From assembly GCA_021613535.1 (NCBI GenBank), contig CP075497.1:13764001-13828000 (forward strand): DNA of 64,000 nt, written 5' to 3'. The DNA is from Adineta vaga. Its lineage: Eukaryota; Animalia; Rotifera. Shown here in pieces: positions 38,328-49,929 of the stretch; position 1 is the first letter of the stretch; the number at the start of each line of letters is the position of its first letter. Under the pieces are notes generated by a model. It made no database searches. It worked only from the letters and a program-made list of their open reading frames with translations, and had not been told where the DNA came from. Position numbers and translations under genes: made by a program.

Positions 38328-39300
38328 TTATCTTTCTTTAAGAAGTTTTGACTTTTTTATTTTTCTTTGTCTTATTTAAATTGTTTCTCTTCCGGTAATT
38401 GAGTGAACCAAAATAATTCGACATTGCATGTTTAATCTTTGTCGTTGTTGTTGATTCATCTGAATGTAACTTCAATACACGATCTATGTTTTAAAAAAAC
38501 AAATAGTTTATAAAAACAAAAAAAATGAACTAACCAATGATTTCATTAATCAGTGATTTCTTCAAATTTGATAAATTAAAATCAATCTCTGGATTTGGAT
38601 ACAAATACTTCAATATAGAACGAGCAGTAGATGTAGCACTTTGTTGTTTTAATGAAAATAATGTAACATCATCAATAATAAATGTTGTAGGAAGAATTTC
38701 CTTTTTCTCATCATTATTATTTGTTGTCATCATATCACTATCATTCAATGAAATATTACTATTCATTTTTGAAGCATCATCATTATTAACTAAATTAATG
38801 TCGTCCTTGAATGTGATAGTATTATCAACATTAGCTACAATTGAATCAGTATTATCGACAATCATAATATTATTATTACTATCATTTGAAAAGAGTGAAA
38901 TATCACCAAACAATTCTTGATTAATACTCATATCTTGTGGAATTACTAAAACAAAAACTAGTAATTACAATAGAATTCGAACTGATAAAATTACCTAATG
39001 AAGTTTTTTCTAAAACTTCAATACGTTGTTCTAAATCAAAACATCGTTTTTTTAACTTGATAATTTCCGCATCCTTTTCGTCCATCAAATTTAAATCAAC
39101 TAATTCAATCGGTCGTTTTTGACCACCAGAAACTTCACGTTCTAAATCCATTTATAAATTTAAGTTTATTAGAAAAAATTTGAAATTATACCTGTTGTAA
39201 CATAGTTTATCTTATTTTCTAATTCAAGATGTTGATTGTTATTTTCTTTTTCTTCATCAATTAAATTTCTTTTAATAAGTTTTTTACGAACCATTGGTAA
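38328..39300 (-). CDS. Second multi-exon accessory protein (coiled coil, low-complexity region, BEN-like helical C-terminus); 5' end uncertain
   Basis: Spliceable ORFs: KDAEIIKLKKRCFDLEQRIEVLEK; SATSTARSILKYLYP...INEII; DRVLKLHS...IKHAMSNYFG...KER*. Confidence 0.55.
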
Positions 39301-40459
39301 TAAAGATTTAAATGAAACAATCTAAAGACGAAGTCTATAGCTATACAAAGAAAATTCTAATACGTATCACTACACTATTCGAGTATATTTCTTGATTCCG
39401 ATAGACGAATTAGTTATCATTCGAGAAAATCGGGGGAGGTTAATGATTAATAATCATCAGAAATTTTCACAAGTTTTAATTGAAACCAAATGAAAATGAG
39501 TCTTTTTTCACAAAACTTAATTTTCTCTTAAACGGAAATAAAATAATACGTATACATTAAAACAACAGATGTCTCTGTATTACCAGAGTTGTGTATCAAT
39601 ACACTCAGTCAAAGAAAGGAAAACGTAGATATTCTGATTAAAATCAATTGTTCGAAAGAAGTCCTAGACTGAACAATTCAGTCTGTGATAAAGTTTCACA
39701 TAAGAATAGATTTGATTAAGTTGCTACTTTTGATTGCTTATAATCCAATTATTAATCTGAGGTAGTTTGTTTCAATTTATTAATATAAGACAAATCGCTT
39801 TTACCGCATTCTAAATTACCAAGAATATGATTAAAGTAAGGATTGTTAATCCATTTTTACGTATGATCGTAACCGTTCTGTTTTACAAATTCATTCAATC
39901 AAACACGTTTAAATTTTATATTTTACAATCTTATCAGAGAATACCCTACTACTCTCATCATAAAAAGCATCCAACCATGAGTCACATCGTCAACATCCGA
40001 TGTAAACTGTAATTCCCAAAACACACGAAATCTTCGAGTCAATCTAGATTAAAATAACTATTCCAATAAAAAACAAACCCATTTCAAATATTACCATATA
40101 GCATCATCCTCATTAATACTTAATAGATATTTTGATTTTCACAATATCCAATACGTTGCTGCGGGAGCGTCAGAAAAACTATCCAAAACCTACCTTGAAA
40201 CAAACTGCATATTACCTAAAAAACACTCTTTTAAATACTTTCCCTTTTTCAAACAAATCATCTACTATTCATCCATCAAGTTCACGCCAAACGACAAATA
40301 CTGGTAAATAATTTTCTCAAAAATCTCCAATCCAAATACCGAAGAAAAATCCATTTAATTCAATAATCTTAATCCAATCCAGATTGCACCGAGGGGTATA
40401 TATATAGAGGTGGCTTTGGCAATTCTACAATCTCAGCCTAATCAAGATTTCTACAGCAA

Positions 40460-40900
40460 CCCAATCGACTAATGGTGCAATCCAGGTTCAACCTAATGGT
40501 GCAATCCAATGGTTCATTGGTGCACTCCAGGTGCAATTTATTGGATCAATGGTGCAATCCACGTGCAACTTAATGATGCAATCCAATGGTTCAATAGTGC
40601 AATCCAGATACAATTCAACGGATGAATGGTGCAATCCAGATGCAATTCAACCGATGAATGGTGCAATCCACGTGCAACTTAATGGTGCAATCCAATGGAT
40701 TAATGGTGGAATGCCGGTGTAATCCATCGTAATCTGAGTGAAATCCATCGTAATCTAGGTGAAATCCATCGTAATCTGAGTGAAATCCATCAAAATCCGG
40801 ATGAAATCCATCATAATCTGAGTGAAATCCATCAAAATCAGGATGAAATCTGTCGTAATCTAGGTGAAATTGGTCGTCAGTTTACTGCAATCCGTGTTGA
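40460..40900. repeat. Two adjacent minisatellite-like arrays
   Basis: AATGGTGCAATCCA core repeated over about 40470-40700, then ~21-bp GAAATCCATCGTAATCTGAGT units over about 40720-40870. Confidence 0.85.
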
Positions 40901-40994
40901 TTTAGGTAAAATTCAGATGTAATCCAGCATAATTTAGGGAAATTGGTTCATGATTCAGGTTTAATTCACGGTAATCTGTGGTTATTTAGTAAAT

Positions 40995-41287
40995 CCAATT
41001 GGAACGTCCGACAGGAACCGGGAAGTGGCGGTCGGAATGCGTCACTTTCCGATCTATTCCTGTCGGTAGATTCTGTCAGTTACGGTAATTTTCGATGACT
41101 GGACCCGACAGAAACCGATCGGATCTTTTCCGACGATATCCGGACCGGAATCCTACGTCATAGATTCCGGTAAAAGTCGGTCGGGTTCCGGTCGAATTTT
41201 CATGGGTTTCCGGCGAATTCCGACGCAGTCCGATGTCGGTTCCGACAGGTTCCTGTCGGATCTACCGGTCGATTTGAACGACCTGGG
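40995..41287. repeat. Right subterminal repeat block of the CMC-like element
   Basis: Clustered CCGACAGGAACC/GTCGG/TCCGG motifs ending in CGACCTGGG. Confidence 0.65.
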
Positions 41288-42311
41288 TATTGAGATGGAT
41301 GGATCATTTGTGAATATATTTGCTAGAAAATAACTTCATTTTTACTTCAATTGCATTTTGAAATAAATTTTCAGAGATGATTCTCATCGCTTTATTTTCA
41401 TTATATCTAGAAAAGTGAGTATGGTATTAGAATCGATTAATAATATAGAGTATACAATAACTTCATGCTTAGTTCTCACAAAAAAATTCTTTTTTTTGCA
41501 GTTTATATGCGGTTTAAGTATATCATTGGTACGTAACAGCCTGTCAAGCAAAGTATCGACAGGATGCTGAAAGTTTATTAAATAGTATTTTATTTTGCAC
41601 TGTCGGAAGAAACAAAGCACATACATGGAAATTTGTTATGGTGAAAAAAAAACTTTACTTATTGGTTCATATAAATCACTGTTCCTTAACTCGCTCTTAT
41701 TGTACTATATTTATTTTGTCTTCTAGAAATGAAAACATAATTTTTGCTTAGCAATTCATTTTGAAATTATATAGAACCAGTTTATTATGAAGGATGAGAG
41801 TATAAGTGAATTTAGACAACAAGATACTACATAAAACTTTGTATGAACATACTCCTGAAAAAGCCTAAGTAGTTTTTCAAATCTATAAGATTCTTCATTT
41901 TCTAGTAAACCGAAAATATATCATTAGCAACAAGTATCGCTCGTCGTGCGGACTCACTTAATTCTCAACTATGGAGACCAGATATCTTCCGCGTAACTCA
42001 ATACTGAGACCAATTGACCCAGCACTTTGATATACTAGAAAACAGCTCAAGCGTTTTTTCTCCAAAATTTATTACCTTATGACAGCGGAATACTCACTTT
42101 TTTTTGTAAAATCCCTTCCAGCTGATATGTAGGACCACTCAACAAACACCCTCAAGATGTATACAATACTTCTAATTTTTTACTTAGGAATTTATTCTTC
42201 GCAAACGAGATTTCCATGGCATTTAAAAAACGATAAAAGATTATAAAAAAAGAACATAGTTCGCTGTTTATTCTGAAGATGAAAATTTCGTGTGATGAGC
42301 AATATGGACCT

Positions 42312-43480
42312 TTATTTTACATATGCTTGATAAAAATGAGAAAAATCCTAGAAATTGAAATAAAAGTGAGTAATTAATTAATTAATTAGAGAAAAAGAAA
42401 CAACAATTGTCTTACAATTAAAAATAAAGCGCCAAGTGCAACTGCTTTCATTCGAGTGTTAAGATCTATTGGAACTAAAAAAGAGATCTTTTTTTTTCTC
42501 TTTCTCTTCAATCAAAACAAAATTACATACGTTGAATCATGAATGTATCGGCATTACTCCGTGCTTCGGCCTTATATCCGTGGTATACTTTATGAATTAC
42601 TCCTATTTCACTGACACCATCTGTTCCATATAACTAAAAAATTCATATTATTTTATTCATAAATTATCAACTAGAAATTGCAAACAGTAAAGTTATTTTC
42701 GCTGCAACATGAACAGCTTCCATCACATATACAATCTGGACCAACAATCTTTAATACAGGTTGATCTGCTTCATCTCTAAGTATGTACTGTATATACCAA
42801 CAGCTACATCTAAATAAAATATTAAAAAACAAAAATTTTGTTTGATATTCAACGAAATTCTTCGTTATACTCTTGAGTAACAAAACCAATGACGGTACCA
42901 GGAGGTGATTCAACTGTAATTTCTTGACGGCATGCATCACTACACGCACACCAACAACATCCTGCACAATATTTAAAACTTCGTCGAAGATAAATGACTT
43001 CCTATCGCCGAAAAAGGAAAATGAATTTCTTTCAATAGATAAATGATCTGTTCACAAACTTTGTTTGCACTATCAACGATATGAAGATCAAATCCACGAC
43101 TTTGTGTACACCACAGACGTTGGCACAAATGAGATTCTAAAATAACAACAACATTATTCCTTTGTTTTTAGAACACTTTTTGCATTACCTTCAAATGCGT
43201 AGTAAACTTGTTCACCTTTATCATTAAAAATTGCAAATTTAGTTGGATCGCCATTTTCTGGCATCACTACAAGAAAACAACAAAGTCATTGTTTTATTGA
43301 CTAGTTTTTCTATATCATACACGGAAGAACTTGTTTAACTAACAATGAATTTAAAGGTTTTAAATAAGCTAAGCCACTTGGATCACCACTAGGTTTATCC
43401 ATCCATTTGGTTTCTTGAGAGTTCACTACATCCTCTCCATAGATTTGATTAACTTGAGCCATTGCACCTACACGATTCAT
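42312..43480 (-). CDS. Phospholipid scramblase family protein, multi-exon
   Basis: Exons read PSGLAYLKPLNSLLVKQ, ESHLCQRLWC...RGFDLHIVD, QEITVESPPGTVIGFVTQ, VLKIVGP, NADTFMIQ and FPIDLNTRMKAVALGALFLI-DF, with GT-AG introns. Confidence 0.9.
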
Positions 43481-43767
43481 TTGGAGTTTTTTCTTTTCTG
43501 CTCGTTTATGTGAAATTGATGTGAATTTTGTTGCCTTTTAACTATAAAATCTAATGACGTATGCATGCAAGAAAAAAATTCTTTTTCTTTTCTTTTCATC
43601 GATCAATTTTCAATCGTCTGTACGTCATAACAATTCTTTCGATGACGTACTCTATACTCACTACATAAAACAGTCGTGATCAAGGACGTACGGTGCATAT
43701 TTCACTATTACAGCATTGTAAAAATATATAAAAATGTTTTTTCTTCAGAATAGTAGATTTTTTATGC

Positions 43768-44151
43768 TAGTAGCGTAACCAGAAACTTTCGCGTGGATAG
43801 GTGCCATCCACCTATTTTCGAAACGTTACTGAAAACGTTTATAAGGTGGCGAGCAAAAAGTCGAAATTTCGCAAGATTACGGCTCTACAATTCCAACGAG
43901 CGATTTCTGAGCCGACTTGTAAAAGTATGAGGAAATAAATCTTTGGTGAAATGAAATCCAACAATTAGTGTTCTCTAAATAAACGTCTCTCTGTTTCAAC
44001 CAATGATTCATTTTTAATAACATATGCAGTTCACCTAAATATCAAAAACAATTTTGAAGAAAATTAGCTTTTCAAAAGTGATCGGTGAGTAGGCGAACAC
44101 TTTTAGTTAGCGCGCAACGCCTGCTCATGACCTGCCCTGGTTACGCCACTA
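43768..44151. mobile_element. hAT-like MITE (~384 bp)
   Basis: 15-bp TIRs TAGT(A/G)GCGTAACCAG; TSD not evident. Confidence 0.6.
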
Positions 44152-44159
44152 GCCTCCAT

Positions 44160-44770
44160 GGTCCTCTTGGTTGTTCGAAAAATGGAAAAATTTGAGCATT
44201 TCTTCATTGGTAGTTGATTTCCATTGAAGGGTTTTCAATCGTTTGGTACGTTTCTGAGTTTGTAAATGTTATTCTGCGTATCGATTAGTTTCACGAACCA
44301 TGAGAATAATAATCTCATCAGTAAGGAAATGTCGATAACAATCGTTAGGATTGATCACACTATCTTCCATCATTTTATAATCCTCAGAGAATTCAGTATC
44401 CGATTTTGTTGCTATTTCATCTCAGACTTGTGAAACCACATCATCATCACCATCATCCAAACTGCTCACCTCACATTATGAGTCACCACTTTCTTCTGTA
44501 TCTGTTTTAAGAATGTAACTTTAGCTTATTTTCATTATCTCGATTAGAATGGTCTATATATTTATATATGCATGCATAGCCAACTCGAAAAAATCCCATG
44601 TACCAGAGAAGAAAAGAGGGTGGGAAAAAACCGACATGATAAATTTTACAGGAATAATCCATATTCCTCACTAGGATAATTCTCATGCATCGAAAATACC
44701 CATGAATACATGCATGAAAATTGGTATATTGAGGTTGTAATCTTCGCCAAACTGAATCGCCACGAAAGAG
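44160..44770 (-). mobile_element. 5' remnant of a second piggyBac-like element
   Basis: End reads TTAA-CTCTTTCGTGGCG on the minus strand (TTAA at 44771-44774). A degenerate frame reads PNDCYRHFLTDEIIILMVRETNRYAE*HL...WKSTTNEEMLKFF. Confidence 0.75.
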
Positions 44771-45217
44771 TTAAAAATATTATGATAAACAAGAAAAATA
44801 ATTTGATAAAAAATTTTCTTTTTTCTAAAACTGAACAAAACGAATTTTTTCTAAAAATATTTCAATTAAAGATTTGGTGAATTAAATAAAAACAAGATTT
44901 TTTAGGTATGGTATAAAGAAAATGACTTGAATTGTCCACACCTACACTCTCAAGATGGTTTTGTGAAAGCTAATACAATGCATTCGAATTTATAAATTAT
45001 TATCCAGTACATTTTGTAATAAATGTGGATCATTTTTCTTTATAAATGTAGAATAAAGAACAGTATGACGCAGGTAGTGACACAGAAAGCGTTAACGTTT
45101 TTAAATAAATAACGTCACAATAAAAAGATAACTAACGATGAGAAGTCCGATTTAATGTTAGTTCTCTTTTTAAATATTTATTATATTTTGTTCTAAGAAC
45201 AAATTCTTATTAATGAG

Positions 45218-47589
45218 ATGTTTTGTAGAACAATCTGTCGTGTTATTCTCGCAGTTTTAGCAACATTAATTATTGCCGATGGTTCATATCAGTTTGATTA
45301 TTCTGGCAAAAATGGTGTTGCTGATTTACTTTCTGTAGCTCGAATTAGTAGAAGAAAAACAACAGGTAAAGTACCATCAACAGTATCTGAGGTAGGATCC
45401 GGATCCAAAAAAAAGGGTTTATATAGCTTCGTATATACATAATCATATATTTTTATGAACTCTTACAGCTTCTCATTACTTTTAGTTACTCAATGTCTCC
45501 AACCATTTGGTATTCCAAATGCTTTTCTAACTGGGTTTATACCAAATTCAGTGGTCTCGGATGATTTCAATGATGATGGCAAACGAGACCTAGCAATTGT
45601 CAATACTGGGGGCAATACTGTTAGCATTTTGTTAGAGAATGGTAATCAAACATTTAGAAATCAGATAGTATATTCAACTGAACACAGTCCATGGTCAATC
45701 ATCTCGGGTGATTTTAACAATGACAGTAAAGTAGATCTAGCAGTGACCAATTATGACAATGATACAGTTAGTGTTTTGCTCAATAATGGAGATGGAACAT
45801 TTCGCAACCAGAGCGTGTACGCAACTGGTAGTCATCCGTTTTTTATAACAGTCGGTGATTTTACAAATGATGGCAAATTAGATCTAGCAGTGACCAATAC
45901 TGGAGATAATACAGTTAGTGTTTTACTAGGAAACGGACATGGGAGATTTAAAAATCACACAGTGTATCCAGTTGGAGATACTCCACGCGCTGTTGTAGCA
46001 GGTGATTTTAATTCTGATGGCATTGTAGACTTGGTAGTAACGAATATGAGAAGTTCCACGTTTAGTTTACTTCTCGGCAATGGCAATGGGACGTTCCGTG
46101 ATCAGATGATATACTCAACTGGTGATGAACCAGAATCAGTGATTACACGTGATTTCAATAACGATAATAAACTGGATTTGGCAATTACTAATTCTTATAT
46201 GCCCATGGTAACTATTTTTCTTAGCAACGGGAATGCAACGTTCGAAATATCGGGCGAGTACGAAGTTGATGACGCACCGTCTTCAGTCGTATCAGATGAT
46301 TTCAATAAAGATGGCAAATTAGATATTGCAGTAACTAGTTTTAATAACGGCGTAATTAATGTTTTTCTTGGTAAAGGTAATGGAGAATTCACAAAGCGGA
46401 CAACATACTATGCAGGAGCCATGGCAATTTCAGCTACAGCGGATGATTTTGGCAATGATGGCAAATTAGATTTGGCAGTAGTCGATGGTAGTAGTGGAAT
46501 TGTTACTCTTCTTGCTAATAATGGAGATGGAACATATATCGAGATCAAAGACGGTATCTAACTGATTCCAAACCATATTCAGTGATCTCGGGCGATTTGA
46601 ATAAAGATGGCAAATTAGATGTGATAGTAGGTAACTATGACAATCCGACAGTAACTGTACTTCTAGGTAATGGACGAGGTGAATTTGGAAATCAGACGGA
46701 GTACTTGACCGGATATCATCCACGTGCAGTAATAGCAAGTGACTTGAATAATGACAATATATTAGATTTAGTAACGGCCAATGAATATGATAATACAGTT
46801 AGTGTACTCCTTGGTAATGGTGACGCCTCCTTCCTTAATCAAACAGTGTACTCAACTGGAAATCAACCATCATCAGTGGTTTCGAGTGATTTCAACAATG
46901 ACGGCAAATTGGATCTTGCCGTAACAAATGTTCTAAGTAACTCTGTTAGTATTTTACTGGGTAATGGTGATGGCTCGTTCAGCAACAAGGGGGAGTATTC
47001 AACTGATACTGAACCAACTTCTGTCATATCGGATGATTTCAATCAGGACGGATATAAAGATTTAGCAGTGACAAATTTTGTCAGTTGTACTGTGAGCATA
47101 TTTCTTGGAAAAGGAGATGGTACATTCGGTAATCAGACAGTATACTTCACTGGATTGTATCCTAGATCAGTAATATCAAACGACTTCAATAACGATGGTA
47201 AAGTAGATTTAGTAGTAGCCAATTCATACTTTACTCAGCAGAATGGTACAGTCAGCATTTTTTTGGGTCATGGGGATGGTACATTTGATGATTCTATCGA
47301 ATACTTGACTGGATATGGACCATATGCAGTTATCTCCGGTGATTTCAATAACGATACTAAACTTGATTTAGTAGTAGTCAATTGCGATAGCTCAACGGTT
47401 AGCGTATTGCTCGGCAATGCCGATGGTAGCTTTCAAAATCAGCTACAATACCTAACTGGAGAGAATCCAAAATCAGTAACAGCGGCTGATTTTAATAACG
47501 ATAAAAGACTTGATTTAGTAATTGCAAATAAGATGGGATCCAGTTTGACCATTCTTCTGAACTCTTGTTTATCAGGAACATACAACTGA
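45218..47589 (+). CDS. Secreted FG-GAP/VCBS-repeat protein (14 repeats) with one frameshift
   Basis: Signal-peptide exon, short intron, then 7+7 DFNxDGKLDLAV...VSVLLGNGDGTF repeats. An extra AT in ATATAT (46534-46539) breaks the frame. Confidence 0.85.
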
Positions 47590-47899
47590 ATTCCATACAT
47601 ATAATTTTTATATCAATCGTATTTTCCTTTATAGTTTTCATTGCTATTTCGAATAAATATTTAATTAGAAGTATTTCATTTTAGATTATTAAAAATATGA
47701 GAAAGTAGAAAAAAGAAAGAACATTTTAAATAAAAAACAAATACCATGTTAATAACAAGAAATATTTGTGAAGTTTTTTAGTATTATGTCTGTCACACAT
47801 TAACTTCTCTTTAGAATAAATATAAAAAAAGGACGAGATAATATAACATTCATTCGTATACCTTTATCGTCATAAATATTCTCTAGCTTGAATCGATAA

Positions 47900-49250
47900 A
47901 ACGTTTGTGTTGCAAATAACTAAATTCTGTGACAAAAAAGGATGATCTGTCCAGAAATGAAATTTCAAAAATAGAAACTCTTTGTTTTCGATAGTATTAC
48001 CTAAATAACAAATAAAAGATACGATCGAAAAGTGTATGTGTTCATAGATTTACAGAACTTCTTTTAAAAGTACTATCGAAGAAGAAAAGTCCATATGGTA
48101 TCTTTTTTCTGGAACATATTTTCATGCTTTAATCAAATATTATGTGATAGTTTCTGGAAAACCATTAATAATAGAAGAATCAACATTGGATTGCCAATCT
48201 TTGAAAAGCCATAAAAAAGTCTTATAAGTTGTTCATTTCATACTTATATATTTCACTTTAAAAACTTCCTTTCATTAAATAAAATGTGTCTGAATAGAAT
48301 AATTTAACAAGATATTGTGTAAACCAAGATTTAATTAGAACGTCTATTGACAGTATGTTTCCTACATATGTAACTATATGAATGATCTCTTCTTCGCAAC
48401 ACTCATACTCTCAAGATGGTTCAATAGTTTACTTTCATTTGATCTAAATTATAAATTAGGATTTGTAAATGTTTTAGTTGACATAGAAGTATTAAATATC
48501 TTTATTGTTATTTACACTATTCTTGTAATATCAATTATCTGAAACTTGGATGATCATAATAATGAATTAGAATCTGGTAATTATTTTCTACAAAAGAACA
48601 TATTCATGTAATAATGTAGATTTCCCTTACATCTTCTTCAAGATTATCAAATCTATCACAATTGATAAAATAATTGATTTAACCGTATTATTTTCTGTTA
48701 TCATTGTTATAGCAGAAGAAGGAAGACGTTTTAAATTTGATCTGTATTCAAGTAGTGTATAAATGATGACAGCATGAGTCTTTACATTCATCATATTTAC
48801 CGATAATAAACCATTGTCTGTATTCGATTTAGCTGAATAAATTGTTTCCAATGATTATCATCAGACATATCACTTCGCTCATTAATAAATTTCAAATAAT
48901 ACAATGATGGTGCGTAAAAGAGATTGTACTTGTTACAAAGTATTGTGTGCGAATGAGATATTATTATATTATGGGTATAAAACTGATCTTTTAGATTAAT
49001 TGTTTGTAATTGAGAAGAATATTCATATCGAATCATTGAAATAAGAAGTTTTCTTATTTTTACTGAGAATAATGGAAGTAATGGAAGATTGACACGTTTT
49101 AAAACAGAATTCAATTGATTTCCATCGATATGAATCGATTTCAATCGACTTATTCAAATCATTCGTCAATATTAATGAAATAACATTTTCTAGTTTAATT
49201 AATCGATAAAATTCTTTTGAATTGAAAGTCTATTTATCATAAGAATTGAG
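47900..49250 (-). pseudogene. Highly degraded gene remnant of unknown family
   Basis: Short overlapping minus-strand ORFs with protein-like composition and many frameshifts. Confidence 0.3.
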
Positions 49251-49454
49251 AAAGTAACTGTATTAACAATAAAATTGTTTGAACATCGAGGTAATAAAAA
49301 TAAAAAATAAATTCTTTTCTTTTGAAATCTGTTAATTATTTCAGTTAGAAACTCTACCATCGAACTGTTTCTTCTCGAATTGAAAAGTATTTATCTCGTT
49401 ACCCTTCATGATGTTATCAATAGTGAATCAAAACATTCCCGAAATAAGAATGCT

Positions 49455-49635
49455 TAGAGATGTCTATCGCGGTTGAAAATGTACCACTGCTGCGCCACGA
49501 TGAAATTTTTAGAAATCAAAGTTGTTACTACTAGTTGAGGAAGCTCATCAAGTCTGACATGGCGCCATACAATAGCATTGTAATTATGTGTGAACTTATA
49601 AGCTATCGCGCCATACCACGCTATGTACATCTCTA
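49455..49635. mobile_element. Short hAT-like MITE, related to 51804-52106
   Basis: TIR TAGAGATGT...ACATCTCTA; shares AAGTTGTTACTACTA, TCATCAAGTCT and AATTATGTGTGA blocks with the second copy. Confidence 0.6.
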
Positions 49636-49929
49636 TTATAAATAAATGCGAATCTTACAAATGTTAATTTCTCGAAATTATCCTCATTAAAAAACGATTA
49701 TTCTAGAGATATTGCGACTAATCCACTTCTACTCCTTAATTTCAAAATATTCTGAAGTATGAAAATATAAACAACGAAGAAAATGTCGATTCATGAACCT
49801 CTAGAAAATATTAAATAAACAAATATTATTTTTGCTTTTATTTAAGTTAACTTTTAAAATAGAGAAATTTTTAGAAAGAAAAGCATTGGTTTAAAATATT
49901 TATACAGTTTCTCGATTTTTGATAATGAG

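Larger units (their letters stand above)
29706..41287 (+). mobile_element. EnSpm/CACTA (CMC)-like DNA transposon, about 11.6 kb, boundaries tentative
   Basis: Terminal CCCAGGTCG (29706) and CGACCTGGG (41279-41287) are inverted repeats. Both ends are dense with short ATCCG/TCGGA/CCGAC subterminal repeats, and a CMC-type transposase is inside. No matching TSD was seen. Confidence 0.65.

Noticed and set aside
39900-40440. A/C-rich stretch resembling a decayed LINE 3' end
   Set aside because: No recognisable RT motif could be read in any frame.
40460-40900. Possible CRISPR-like array
   Set aside because: Units are degenerate tandem repeats without unique spacers, there are no cas genes, and the context is eukaryotic.
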